Notes: generated by a model from the letters alone, not told the origin. A stretch of DNA of 64,000 nt from Chara braunii (GCA_003427395.1 BFEA01000046.1:3632933-3696932), one strand, 5' to 3'. Shown: positions 27,055 to 40,959, counted from the stretch's first letter. Numbers and translations: made by a program.

Positions 27055-28130
27055 CAAGGCTGGGCCGGCAACCGGCCAGTTCAGCTCGCCCAGTCCAACC
27101 AGGGCCGGACTGGTCCGGGGAGGTGAACCGGAAAATTGGTTAAAAAAAAAAAAAAACCTTAAAAAAGCCCGACTGAGCTCTTCAAGATCTGTCGAAATCT
27201 GCAATAAAACTTTGAAGGTGCAATTTTTTTCCGGGGGGTTTCGAAGTGGGAGGGGGGATATTATTGGGGTGGGTTCAGGCAGGTATGGCTTTCACGTGAA
27301 GGGGTCAAGTAAACAAGTTTACTTATCTGACCCCCCCGTGGCCCAAAAATTCCAATTCAGCACCATAGGGTATCATGGACTACGCCAAAACTTACAGTTC
27401 TTCCAGAGTATCGCGCTCGACAGCAGAGTTATGGGTTCAGGTTTCAGCTCGTGCAGGCAGAGCGTTTTCTGTTTGTCTTTTTCTATATATGGTGGGTCAT
27501 CAGTTCGAAAGGATCTTGCCTGGAAGTCTGTCCAGGTACCTGTAGTGGAGCGACGTCCATTCTTGGGCTTGCACCTCAGACAGCATTGCTCCTCTGACTT
27601 CACGAGCCGAAACCCGAACCCATAACTTCTTCCCCAGAGCGTAGGGACATCAGAGAAGCATATAATCTCAGCAAGCCACTACGTCCTGGCTCAGGGTGGA
27701 CGGGTATCAGGATCTGCCAATTAGATCTGGTCCGTGGTCCATCGGACCACAAGCTGCCAAATTGAAAAAAAGGGGCCTATTGGACCTCACATCTTGAAAA
27801 AATTGTGTGGCGGTTCTCCACCGCTGATCTGTGAAGATCCGCAGCGGAGATCCTCCGCCCGTTCTTTTCAAAAAGTGGGGCCTTCAGCGGCGGAGATCCT
27901 CCGCCTGTTCTTTTCAAGAAGTGGGGTCCAAACGGCCCCAATTTTTGTTTTTAAGGAGGCAGCGGCCTCCCGGGGGCTGGGGAATCGTGGGAATGCCTGT
28001 GACTCCCTGGTACACCCCCCGCCCCCCCCCTCGTGATGCGCTGGGTTCGACTGGGGGTCTGCCCGCCCGGTCCGACCAGCAGGCTCCCAGTCGTGGGAGG
28101 GGCCCCGGGTCCAGCTCCGGACCAGCCCTG
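27055..28130. mobile_element. hAT-like non-autonomous element
   Basis: Imperfect TIRs CAAGGCTGGGCCGG / CCGGACCAGCCCTG, with an 8-bp TSD AATTCCAC / AATACCAC (7/8 match). Confidence 0.72.
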
Positions 28131-28159
28131 AATACCACACCGTGTTTTTTGTTTTCTTG

Positions 28160-28255
28160 AATTTCAACCATTTCTCAATTTGTGTCTCATCCTCACACAG
28201 GGGCCATGCTAATCCTGTCTGTACCGTTCCAATTTTAACGGATGTCCCGAAGGGC
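28160..28255 (-). pseudogene. U6: Near full-length variant U6 snRNA copy
   Basis: Minus strand GCCCTTCGGGACATCCGTTAAAATTGGAACGGTACAGACAGGATTAGCATGGCCCCTGTGTGAGGATGAGACACAAATTGAGAAATGGTTGAAATT aligns end to end with plant U6. It has an A-rich tail instead of a U-run terminator. Confidence 0.92.
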
Positions 28256-28877
28256 TACCGTACCAGCTTCTGACAGTCAATAGGAGGAAATTCAGGCCTA
28301 CTGTACCCACTACTTCAAAAAAAAGGAAGCAGGTCCAAGGGGCGGTGGTTTAGCGAGGCACTTTCCAATAACTCCTGCCTGTACATCTTCTGCGTCTTCC
28401 TCACAGTCTTCCGGTTGTACATCTTCTGCATCTTCCTCAGCCTTCTGGTTCAACTAGCTGTCTCGAATACTGGCTGATGTTTTATCTTGAACCGCCGCCA
28501 GTACCTTTCACAGACTTTTTCTTCATCTCCGAGCATGCCGGAGGGTTCCCCTCACAGGGTCGGCACAGCCTTGGCCCAAGGTCAATTGTTTTAAACAGAT
28601 TTCGAAGAGGAAAAAAAAAACAGAAAAGATATTGCCATAGGAGAAAAGAAAAAGAAAAAAAACATCGTGAGGCATCACATGCTCTTGGAACGAGTGTTTC
28701 CCGTTTTGCAGATTAAAAACAAGAATAAAAAAAGAATAAAAAAAGAAGAAGAATGAAAAAAAAGAGAGACATGCTCCCGCTGTCACTGACAGCCTGACAG
28801 CCTGTTGCCGGACATGCAAGCGCTTTCTCCTGCAATGGGCCTCTCTGCTCCACTCACCAAATTTCCAAAACGAGAAT

Positions 28878-29010
28878 GAATCTTACATAGAACATGGAAA
28901 GATACGCCGCCATATCCCTGCCTTTTTGCATGTCCTGAGTCCCCTTCTCACGACATACACAAAAGACAAGAATATGCCATTGTATCTTTCCATGTTCTAG
29001 CGTAAGATTC
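28878..29010. repeat. Imperfect inverted repeat (about 62-bp arms, short loop); arm belongs to a dispersed family
   Basis: gaatcttacatagaacatggaaagatac... pairs with ...gtatctttccatgttctagcgtaagattc. Related single arms at about 47745, 51145, 51320 and 51780. Confidence 0.8.
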
Positions 29011-29267
29011 TCAGCAAAGATCGTTCGGTGAGTATTGGATCGAGGTGCTCCAGCGGTGATGGCCCAAAGATTTGCAAAGAAGATCCTGACAAAAACGAAA
29101 AAAAGTAGATTCTTTTTTTTTCCCTAAAACTACACTATTCTTTTCTCAAATCTGTCATTGTATTTCAAATCCTTTCAATTCACCTTCACTACCTACCTAC
29201 CTCTACTCCTAAGGCTTATCCAGGGGACCCCTGTGAACATCAAATGGGATGCATGTTGCCCCCCGCC

Positions 29268-32200
29268 CCAACCATCGCCGTCATCTTGCTGCAGCACTGC
29301 GCCGATTCCATACTGGCTCGCATCCGTAGTAACTACGAATGTCAGTTTGGGATCTGCAATGCGGAGTACTGGGTAACTTACCAAGGCTTCTTTTTTAAAG
29401 CTTGAAAGGCATTCGTGCACGCAGTGTCCCAAGAATAGGGAACATTTTTACTGGTCAACCGCGACAATGGACGAGCAACAATAGAGAAGTGGGGCACAAA
29501 CTTTCGATAGTATGACGCGAGACCAAGAAAGGACTGCAGTTCGTGAATGTTTGAGGGTTGAGGCCAATTGCGTATGACCTCAACCTTGGTTGCCTCAGGC
29601 TCCAGGCCTGCAGCAGACAACCCATGCCCAAGATAGATGACACTATCCTTCCCAAACTCAGATTTCTCTAGGTTGAGATGGAGTTGCGTCTTCTTGAGGA
29701 TGGTGAGCACTTCCTCAAGGTGCTTGAGGTGTTCCTCCATGGATTTGTTGAAGATCAGGACGTCATCGAGGTAGACCACCACGAACCGGCCAATCTGTTC
29801 GCGGAGGACCTTGTCCATGAGGCTTTGGAAGGTGGCTGGTGCGTTCGTTAGACCGCAGGGCATTACGGTAAACTCATGAAACCCATCGCGTGTTTTGAAC
29901 GCAGTCTTGTGCTGGTCCGCAGGATCGACTTCATCTGGTGGTAGCCAGACTTCAGATCGATCTTGGAAAAGACCTTGCACCCACCTGCGGCGTCAAGCAA
30001 GTCATCTATGCGGGGCAAGGGATAGGCGTTCTTTCTTGAGATGCGGTTCAGACCGCGATAGTCAATACACATGCGAAGTTTGCCTCCCTTCTTTGAAACA
30101 AACAAGACAGCAGCACCAAATTCAGACTCGCTAGGCTTGATCCACCCTTTGACAATCATTTCATCGATTTGTCGTAGGAGTTCCTTCAATTCGTCAGGTC
30201 CCATCCGGTATACGCAGCCCTTGGGAGGAACAGCACCCTCGACCAACTCGATGGTGTGTCGGACCGATCGTGTGGGGACTCCACGTGGCTCGGCCAAAAC
30301 TTCTGGAAACCGATCGAGTAGGTTTTGGATGTCTGGTGGAACGGGAGGGGGTGGAGGATCAGCAAAGGGATCACCAAGATCCGGTCGCAGGTCGCGTATA
30401 GAGACAACCGAATCTGAAGTAGGGTCATTAGGACCATTAAAGGGTAGAGAAATAAAGGTGTCGGGAATAGTAGTACTAGAAGTAGTATCACTAGCTAAAG
30501 TAGTAGCGGAATTAACAGCAAAAGTAGATGGCACATGGGCACGACAAACAAAGGCAACATACAACCGTTCGTCCTCCTTGCGCCATTTCTTGCAGAACTT
30601 CATAGCATTTAGAAAAGTCACTGGGGATTCGTGCTTCTCATCCAAAAGGACGGAAAGCTCGTTCCCTTGAGCATCTTTGACCATGAAGAGCGACTCCTTC
30701 TACTTGGTCCACTCGCATTGGGACTGCAGCCAGCCCAAGCCAAGGACGGCGTCGAAGGGGAACTTGTCAAGGACATAGAAGTTTAACGCGTGGGTGACAG
30801 TTTTGTCCTTGTCAAAGGTCATGCGCACACCTTTGACTGCATGCGTAGAAAGACAACCTCTTTGTTGCCAACTTCAGTTCGGTAAGGGTTCTGCAAGGCC
30901 ACTTGCTTCATCCCCAAGTCCACCTTGCGTATCCCGTGCGGTGACATGAAGTTAGCCGTAGCACCACAGTCAACCAAAACACGGAGATAGCGGTGGTTTA
31001 TGAGAAGTTTGAAGAAGATCAACTTCACGGTCTCTTGGGCACGCTGCTGTTTCACCTTGCCCCAATGCTCCAAGTGGTAGTGGAAGTTGATTGCCCAAGA
31101 CTCCTCCCAAGGCTCGACATACAAAACACTACTCACCTCAGCCTTGTCTTCAGCAAGTGGTTGGGCTTCAAGCGAGGACTGCTGATTTGCAACAGATTCA
31201 GTCTCCCCTGCTGTAGAGTTTGCTGAAGTTGACTTAACGCCCGATTCTGGTTTCCCTGCAGCCTATAACAATCTTGTACCTTATGGTTTGGTTTTTGGCA
31301 ATGCAAGCATACCCCCTTCTTGAGTCTACCCCGCCAGTCATTTTCAGTAATCCGGAGGTGGACCCAAGGTTTCGTAGTCGCATTATCCGGTTTAGGTGGG
31401 GTCTTGACTCCCTTGGGAAGTTGGACATAGTTTTTCCCTGCACTCTGATTCGGCCTCTTTGTATTGCCAGTCTTTTTTAAGGCAGTAATTTTTTCTTCTT
31501 CGTGGTTTGCGTCCGACTCATGGACCGAAGAACAAGTATCAGGGTCCTGTTCTTGGTCGTCACCAAGAGTGGGGTCCTCTGCATCGGCTTTTTCTTCAAC
31601 CTCCAGCAAATCATGCACAGCAAAACGGTTGCTGCCTTTGAACCGTCTGTCGCCCATGGGCTTTTTGTTGCCTGTTGTGGTGACGAGGTCTACAACCTCA
31701 AAACTGACTATGTCCTTCATTAAGGTGAACCAGTCAGTATAACCAATGAAGTCCCTGCCTAGGCGATTAGTGAAGTTGGTGGGAACCGCGCCTTTAACCA
31801 CATCCAAGCAAGATTGAGCAGTCAATTCCAATCCGGGTGTAGCGAACATCTTGCTAAGGTAGGTCTGCACGCTTTTCATGGAGCCTCTCCACTTGCTGCG
31901 CTTGGTTTTGTCAAGTTGGATTTTTGCCCTTGCTGCAGCGTGTGGATCAAGGTATTGTGAAACCAGGAGTTCCTCAAGGGAGGCAACCGGGGTGGCCTTA
32001 AGCCATCTTGTTAGTTCAATTTTAGGAATCCCAGCTTGCGTAGCTTGGACCTCTAAGAAGCCCCGCACGACCGGCTCGACATTCATTCCCATGATCACGG
32101 ACTCGGTCTCAGATTGCGTTCCTAGAAACCTCGAAATATGCCCTCATGGAGTTGATCCAGGACCTCACGTCTTCTTTGTCGTCGTACTTAGACGATACTT

Positions 32201-34337
32201 GAACCCCCTTACGATCCACATAGGCACCGGCGTAGCTGGGACCAGCTCCTGCTGGTTCCAATCTTAAGGCTGCACCAGTAGAAGAATTTCCAGCCTCGTT
32301 GCTTGTCACAGCAACATCGGAATCTGCACCTGTTGCAGGTCCCGAGAGGGTTGCCATCACATTCAAGGACGAAGATACAGTAAGAGAGGCAGAGGTAGTT
32401 TCAATTGCAGCTTCAGATCCAAGGGGTAGAGGAAGAGGGTTGGCCACTCGAGCTTGTCGCAGCTCAGCCACCTCCTTTGTCAATTCGTGGTACTTGGGTC
32501 ATATCAGTCAGATCATCTTGAAGTGTTCGTAACTTTGCGAAACTTCAACGATCTGAGTGGTATGATCTTCAAGATTTCTGACTTGAACAAGGGCGGTGAG
32601 TATAGACTGCAATTGTTCCCCACACTGCTCTTCGGTCAGTGAGGGAACAGTCTCTAGGATGGCCACCTGCCTTTTCAGCAATGACTCCTTCCTCTCCTTC
32701 TCTGCCTCCTGTTCCCTTTTGGTTGCACTATCTAGAAGTGCTTGTAGATACGGTTTTTCCGCATCACTGGCTGCATCTAACAAGGCCCACCATTCCACTA
32801 AAGTTAGCTGAGCCATTTTTGGACCGTTAGTATAAACAGGTGTGTCAGAGAGTCGCCAATCAGCAAAAGAATCAATTAGACTCTTAAGAGGTTCACTCCC
32901 CTTCTCACTTGGACGAACACTCCTTTTCTCAGTCCTTGCCCACTCCAAACGGTCACTTTCCCTCTCTTCCTTCTCTCTCTTCTTTCCGATGGCGGGTCTC
33001 CACGGGCATCGGAAATGAACTCAGAAAAACAGATTTGAAAGCTCATAGAAGAGAAGGTAGAACTCCTAGCCGGAGCGGCATTTCATTTGGACGTAGAGAG
33101 CAGCAAATCAAAGAAAAACAAACAAGTTCAAATGAGAGGCCTGATCCAGCGACCCAATCTGATCAGACTGCATACGAGGTCCTCTCAAGTCCAATCTAAC
33201 CAGCTCTGTGACCGTACAGCAAATCAAACAACGAGTGACTAAATGCAACAATGGAGAATTGAGTGGTGTACAGGGTGTGAGTCAAGCCACAAACAATGCA
33301 ATCAAAAGACATACGAAACGTCTCAGTCGAGATCCCCTCGGCAGTGGGTGTCCTAACCAAGAAGAAAGAACTTTGTAACACAGTCAGAAAACAATGGGCT
33401 GACGGCTAACCGATTTGGGCCCAAAAGGGCTCTTCTTGTTTGGGCCCAATCTCTCTGGGTTCCAGAGGTCCCACGTAGGTCGCGGCCAGGTACCAACCAA
33501 GAGAAGTCCCTCCTGGACTTGGTTCAATTTTTACTGGACTGAAAAACGAAATTTCAACTTCCGGCAGAACCTACAGACTACAACCGTTCAGAGATGAAAA
33601 GACAAAAGCACTGTAGAAAGACTCGGCATTTAGAACAAGATACTTCATTTTCCATCCATCGGGTGAGTAGGTAGATCACATGCATTCAGTCACACAATCA
33701 AGACCACAGAGGAGTAGGAAAAGAAACCCAGAGTACCACAGCAGGACAATCAATACCATGCACACATTCATGGGCATCCCGTAGGTGCACGGCAGTTACC
33801 TGAGTGGCCTTGAGCTTCGAGATGAATAGAACTCACCCCCCTCTCATGTGATCCTCCTGACCCCTTTAACGCTACCCCTACACTAGTGTCCTATCTCCTA
33901 GGAGGGTCTGACTCCAACACCAAAGTGCAACACCGGATCCCCCATCGATGTTGAAGAACAAAGTAGCAACTTGCAGTCCGTAGATGTTGAGTCGCCGCTG
34001 ACCCTCAAGCTTGCCTACTTGAGGGCAGCCCTTAAGTTGCCAAGTGTCTCCCTTGAATCAGATTCCAGGTGCGAGTGCCTCTCACTGTCACCTCTCTCAG
34101 ATTGTCGCATGAAGCCTCCTCTAAATGTCTCGCCACCCTAATCTTACTCTCAAGCAACCTGGTTAGGCTCAACGCCGACCCTCCATGACCTAACCATGGT
34201 GGGGGCAGCTTCCCTCAACCACGCTGATCCTCTTCCCTTCACAAACCAACCCTAAACCTAAGTGTTGCCCTCAACCACTTAAGTTCAGGGCAGCAAAGTC
34301 AACTCTCGCCAGCAAGTAGAGTCCGCTCCGAGACCAA
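29268..34337 (-). mobile_element. Gypsy element C internal region (gag-PR-RT-start of RNase H), frameshifted and 3'-truncated
   Basis: gag with CLHCQKPNHKVQDC knuckle, LVDCGATANF protease, CIDYRGLN/YLDD RT and TDASQYGIGAVL. PBS TGGTCTCGGAGC at about 34325-34336 (minus). Confidence 0.92.
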
Positions 34338-35520
34338 TGTTATGATCCTGGCCAATTTCGAAATACACATCCATCAGATAGTACAATGCTGCCCAATTAC
34401 AGAAAGAAATGAATGAACTTGAGAGAAGAGAGAAGATAAGAAGAAGTAAGAAAGAAGAAGAAGATGTACACCATCAAAGACAATGACAAGGCTTTTCTTC
34501 TTCGCCCAACAATCTCCTCCTCCTTATCTCCCCCTTCTCTTATTCATACAAGAAATAATAATACGACGTTGAATGGCTGATCCAGAATCAATGCCTGAGT
34601 CCCTCTTCTACTGCAAGTATCACCATAACCATGGCCGCCTCCCCACTCTTCACTCTCATAGGCCGAGGCTATGGCGGACTACTAGGCCTTGCCCAGATGC
34701 CCAAAGGACAACCCAAAGCAGTTGTGGCTGCTCTAGCTCAGGCCGCCATGCCCAACCCTGCCTTGACGCTTCTTAGTGTGGCTCTCCCCAGTTGGGGACT
34801 CCCTGCTGCAACGCCCACCAAGGTGATGAAGATGGCTGCCACCATAGCCAGGTAAGTACCCCTGGCGCTCCTCCCCCTTCCTTCCTTCTTCCTCCCTCAT
34901 GTCCTTCTCCTTCCTCCCCAGCAGCGCTGCTCCTGCCAGCTCTCCACCAGCGTGTCGCCAAACTTGCACACCGAAAAAGAGGCCGGACTCTCCGCCCCGC
35001 CGGACGATATAGCGGCCTGCTTTGCCTTTTGGGCGGTGACTTCCAAGCCGCTCGGCCTTCCAAGCAACCAGTACCTCCTCCCTTTCGGAGGGAAACATCA
35101 TTGCAGACTCTGATATTGCCCGTACAGGCCCTAGACCCAGACTGGTTGGACTGATATCCACCTAGACCTAACCTACAACTACTGGGCCTCTAAAAATGCC
35201 ACTTTTGTCTTCTTCTGCACGGCCTTCAGTACCCGCACATCTACCCCTTCAAGGTGCGGTACCGGCCTACCCGCTACTTGAGTGCTTTTCTCGCTGCAAC
35301 CCCTCAATGTCACGTCACGGCCACAGGTAAGTACCGGCCATGAGGGCCCAACGAACGAGCAAGTGCCCTGACGGGCAACACACATACTCATGCCAACCAG
35401 CACTCAGACAGGCACGGTCACACACACACCCAAGCCAACCAACACTCAGACAGACATGCAGTCCAGCAAGCATGCACACACAGACTTAGTAGCAGGCGGG
35501 AAACTTAGCAAGGCATTCAG
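34338..35520 (-). mobile_element. LTR of element C (distal end approximate)
   Basis: Begins TGTTATGATCC next to the PBS and is colinear with 60489-61880. Confidence 0.7.
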
Positions 35521-36119
35521 TCTACGAGCAAAACTCAGAAATCAGCTGTGTTTCAGTCCATGTTTGGACGGGTCATCACAATCTGCTTACCAACAGCTGC
35601 ATGTGTGTACCATTTAGCCACACGACTCAGTTGTTTAGAGTCGCATTCTGTTTGTTTTGGATGCCAGGATCCAAACTGCAATGTTCCCAGGCCTGACCAA
35701 GCAGTTAGCAAAGCCTTCTGGTTGCTTCTGCATTCCACCTGATTCTCCAGACCCATTCTCTTCTCTTGATCCTAATCGCAAAATGTCAATTAACAACATC
35801 ATGCCACCTTCTCATCGAAATTTGGGGCCCACTCTCTGCGGAGCGTGCACTCTAGCTAGCAAACTGCTTCCGACCATCTCATCATCTTCACTCCTTGTAA
35901 CACACCCAATATGTTGCTCTTTTTTACTTCCGAGAGCTACAGAATGTCTTTGATATGATGAGACAGACAGCTACACAGCAATGTGGACTATGTGGATGTG
36001 GCAATCACCAGTAGATCACTGGATTTAGTGAGTACTTGAAGGGAATGATTAATATTGGCACACGGCCCACTGTAGAGGTTGCCCACTGTAGAGGTTACCT
36101 CTAAAGACTATCCGCAAGC

Positions 36120-36591
36120 CTGGACAAAAAGAGGAAGAAACGGAGGACAGGAAGGACAAGCAGCAGCAGCAGCTATCACGACAGCAACAGAATAAGAAAA
36201 GAAAGTTGAGGGATAGCAGGGAGGAATAAGATGGGAGGTCATGGAGGACAAGGAAAACAAACAGCAGGCACAGCAAATGGGGGGGGAGAAAGCAAAGAGG
36301 CTCGAGGGAAGAGAAAGAGTAAGAGGAGAAGCAGGATAATCACACGGAAACGGCCAAGGATGGTAGATGATGACAAGGAAGATATGGAGGAAGATAAGCA
36401 ATCAGATGAGGAGGAAGACGAGGAGGAAGAATAAGGAGGAGAAGAGAATAGCAAAAGCGCGGGGATGAGAAAGGAAGAATACTAAAGAAGAAGATGACGA
36501 TGAACAAGGACTTGGACGAGGATGATGAAAGGGACGACGAAAGAAGAAGAAGAAGAGAGGGACGACGAAAGAAGAAGAAGAAGAAGAAGAA

Positions 36592-36623
<32 letters not shown>

Positions 36624-39140
36624 AGGACGAGGACTAGGAAAATGATGATAAGAAGAAGAAGAAGAAGGACGAGGAATAGCAAATGACGATAATAAAGGCA
36701 CGAGCACGAAAAGTGAGCGTACTAAAGGAGATGATAATGATGATGATGATGATGATGATGAAGGACAAGTACGAGGATGATAATAACTATTGGGACAAGG
36801 GAGGAAGAATACTAAAGAAGAAAACAACGACGATGAAGAAGAGGAAAAAGGATGAGGATGATGATAGGACAAGGACGATAACAAAAGCACGGGGACAAAG
36901 GAGGACAAACACTACAGAAGAAGAGGAAGAAGAAGAGCATCGTACAACTGAGCACGCACGACGAGTAACAGAGCCCAATGTTTAGTATGACGACGACAAG
37001 GACGAGGATGACGACAAGGACGAGGAAAGAAGAAGATGAAGAAGAAGAAGGACGAGGACTAGGAAAGTGCCGATAAGAAGAAGAAGAAGGACAAGGAATA
37101 GGAATATGACGAGTAACGGAGACCAATGTTTAGTATGACGACAACAAGGACGAGGATGACGACAGGGACGAGGAAAGAAGAAGATAAAGAAGAAGGACGA
37201 GGACTAGGAAAGTGACGATAAGAAGAAAAAGGACAAGGAATAGGAACATGACGAGTACTGAAGGAGATGATAATGATGATGATGATGATGATGCGAGCTT
37301 TTACTTTCGCAGTATACACGTCATGTCCATGGCATGCGACAACTGTCGCGATTACCCTTCTACCTCACTGCTCAGGTAATCCTTCCAGCCACCGTCCCTG
37401 AATTTATACCCTATCATCCTTATCCTTCCCACCTGCTTGTCGTCAATTCTCGCAGTGTCCTCATCATCGTTGCCTCTGATTTCTCCGTAGTCACGCTCTG
37501 TAACGCCCTTGTCATCGTTGGTTTCCCGTGATCATCGATTTGCTGCATATAACATCTTCCTCCTGTGTATGTTCCTATGGTAGTCTATTTTGTTTCTATT
37601 CCTCTTTGTGCCGAAATTCCGTACTCAATCAATTTATTTCCCTTTCAGCCGTATTTTTGTCGAAAAATAATGTTGAAAATTTTATTTATATCTGACTTGT
37701 CTTTTTGGCTTTCTTCTGGCTTTGTATGTTTCTTTGTTTTTCGCATGGTCATGGGTTTCATCATTATTTTTCAGGTGAGTACTTTCATCTTCTCGTCGCC
37801 TGTTTGTTATATGCTTACTCTGGTTCTCCGTTCGATTCATTTCACTGCGTATGTTGGGAAATCATTACGGCCATTTTTGCATCATTATATCTGCATGTCG
37901 CCGATCTTTTTTATGTGATTTCAGGTTAGCAAGTTCCCTTTTTTTTTTCGTTTTGTTTTTATCTTTTATTGCTTTTCTTCCTCTGATTTTATATCATTTT
38001 CCGATTGGTGTTTCTTCTGTTTCCAAACACTCTCGGAATTTCTTTCGGACTTCAGCGTCTTTGCAACTTTTGATGAATGCCAAAATCGTCGTGCGGGTTA
38101 TCCTCCATGGGTAGTACATCAATCGGAGTTCCCTACAAAACAGCTTCATTACCGTGGTCAGGTCTGCGACATCATAGGTGTTCGCCACCATTCTGTGAAA
38201 CGTGCCAATTATCATCAGTATCTTTGTTTTGTCGGAACCCGCACTCCTAAAGTGACGAAAGGTCCTGAGAGAGAATACTAAAGAAGAAAACAACGACGAA
38301 GAAGAAGAAGAAAAAGGACGAGGATGATGACAGGATAAGGACAAACACTACAAAAGAAGAGGAAGAAGAAGAGCATCGTTGAACTGAGCATGCATGATGA
38401 GTAACGGAGACCAATGTTTAGTATGACGACCACAAGGACGAGGAAAGAAGAAGATGAAGAAGAAGAAGGACGAGGACTAGGAAGGTGACGATGAGAAGAA
38501 GAAGGACAAGGAATAGGAACATGACGAGTACTAAAGGAGATGATAATGATGATGATGATGATGATGAAGGACAAGGACGAGGATGATAATAAACTACTGG
38601 GACAAGGGAGGAAGAATACTAAAGAAGAAAACAACAACAATGAAGAAGAAAAACGACGAGGATGATGACAGGACAAGGACAATAAGAAAAGCACGGGGAC
38701 GGAGGAGGACAAACACTACAGAAGAAGAGGAAGAAGAAGAGCATCGTTGAACTGAGCATGCATGACGAGTAACGGAGACCAATGTTTAGTATGACGACGA
38801 CAAGGACGAGGATGACGACAGGGATGAGGAAAGAAGAAGATGAAGAAGAAGAAGGACGAGGACTAGGAAAGTGACGATAAGAAGAAGAAGAAGGACAAGG
38901 GATAGGAACATGACGAGTACTAAAGGAGATGATGATAATGATGATGATGATGATGATGATAATGATGATGGTAATGATGATGATGATGAAGGACAATGAC
39001 GAGGATGATAATAAAACTACCGGGACAAGGAAGAAAGAATACTAATGAAGAAAACGACAACGATGAAGAAGAAGAAGAAGAAAAAGGACGAGGACGACAC
39101 AGGACCAGGACGATAACAAAAGCACAATGATGAAGAACAA
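36120..39140. repeat. Purine-rich (GAA/GAT/GAC) compound minisatellite with higher-order units, interrupted at 37295-38270
   Basis: Recurring gacgagtaacggagaccaatgtttagtatgacgac and gaatactaaagaagaaaa units. Confidence 0.9.
37295..38270 (-). mobile_element. Penelope-like element 3' fragment (RT thumb/C-terminus plus 3' UTR)
   Basis: RTFRHFRSAGSDKTKILMIIGTFHRMVANT...RELRLMYYP resembles the PLE RT C-terminal extension and aligns with the peptide at 42127-42486. Confidence 0.55.
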
Positions 39141-39166
39141 ACAGGTTCTAATAATTCACTTTTCAA

Positions 39167-39439
39167 CTAGGCTACCAGAGTGGCCCGGGACCACTTGCCC
39201 GCCCTGGCCAAAAAAAATAAAAAATAAAAATAAAAAACTAGTTTTTAACATGTTTTTTTTAATTTAGTAAAGATTTTCAATGTGACCCTGAGGCAAAAGT
39301 TGCTCAGTTTATTTTCTGCATAGCATTAATTTTTTCAGATTTTTTGTTTTTTTTGTTTTTTTGTTGAGACCTTTGGCCCTTGTACGGCCGGGCCACCCGA
39401 GCAAACAAGGTGACCCGGGCGGCCCAGCTGGTAGCCTAG
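39167..39439. mobile_element. MITE
   Basis: Perfect TIR CTAGGCTACCAG...CTGGTAGCCTAG; internal gaccctgaggcaaaagttg motif. Confidence 0.75.
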
Positions 39440-39823
39440 TTTTTTAACCATCAATAAATGACTAATAAAGCGTCATAAAGAACAAATAAGTCTCAGTAAA
39501 AAAGTACGTAAATCTGAAGATTAGTTGTAATACATCATTTCTTACCATGTCCATATCCTGAGAGAGGGGAAGAGAAAAGAGGGAGAGAGAGAGGGGGGAG
39601 GATGGGAACAAAGGGCTGAGCTGGATGCAGTTTTTTTTTTAATCAATGTCCTCCATTAAAAAAGAGGACGCCATTGACTTTGAAAATCCAAGTTCTCATC
39701 TCTAAACTATTTTTCCGTCTAGAACGTTGCCATTATTTTACTTTTCCACCAAAAACGTAAATTTTCACATCTAGAACGTTGATTTGCTCTGACATTTGCA
39801 TCCATTCACTTTTATTTACTTCT

Positions 39824-40400
39824 AAGCTGTGTTACCAGGGTCGCCCGCTGCCCAGCTGGGTGACACGGGCAAACCTGAAAGGGGTGGGTAGGGGGAATGG
39901 GGCAATTTTGCGCCCACTGCGATGTGCCCAAATGCGACCTTATCTTTAAATTTGGTGGTCTCTGGGTGCGCCGCCCAGCTGGGCCACCCGGGTAAACCTC
40001 CACAAGGGAAGAGAGGAGGGGGGGGGGAGAGGGAATGGGGCAATTTGCGCCCGCTGAGATGTGCCCAAATCCGGCCTTATCTTTAAATTTGGTGGCCACA
40101 CCAAAGGATGTCTACGGAGTATAAGCGGAGTGCAAACGGACTAGAAGGGGCTTAAAAGGGTACAATTATATGATATAATTTATTATTTTTCTTTTATTTT
40201 TTATTTTGTATGCCATAACGAATTTCTGGATGACCCCCAGCCAAAAGTTGTTTGATTTGTAAGTCTGCATGACATAGTTTTCTTTCAGATTTTTTTTATT
40301 TGTTTTTTGACGTTGGGACTGCCTCCCCGGGACTTTGCCAGAACCGGGCCACCCAGGCCAATCTGAGGTAACCCGGCCTCCCCGGCTGGTAATCCAGCTT
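39824..40400. mobile_element. MITE, related family
   Basis: Imperfect TIR AAGCTGTGTTACCAG...CTGGTAATCCAGCTT with an internal direct duplication. Confidence 0.65.
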
Positions 40401-40861
40401 TTACATAAATTTTATATATTTAATTTCATTCAAAATCATTTGCAATTTTTTATCTTATTTTGACGAGTACATTCCCAAGTTTATTTGCGATTTGTCCGCA
40501 TAACTAAATCTTAATACTTTTTTATTTGCGACTTTTCATCTTATTTTCAATCCATGTTTAAGATTTCCACGTTCACGTTGTTATTCGCATTTTCTCATAC
40601 GTCCGTATATCGCAGCATTTATCTCCAAAATTTAAAACTACGGCACATGCTCTGTTTCCACTAACAAACAGCCCAAGGGCTGGCTCAGGGACTCAGCTTC
40701 ACCACTTCGCCAAATGCCAACATTCTCAATGTGTACGGACCACTTTCGAGTCCCGATACATTCAAAATGTCGGCCTTTGGCAAGTGGTGCAGTCAGCCCC
40801 TCAATCACACCGTCCACTTAGGAAAAAAAGTTTTTTTTTGCGGAAAGAAAATGAACATCGA

Positions 40862-40863
<2 letters not shown>

Positions 40864-40959
<96 letters not shown>

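Noticed and set aside
36100-39140. Acidic/Ser-rich ORFs
   Set aside because: Low-complexity minisatellite with stops in all frames
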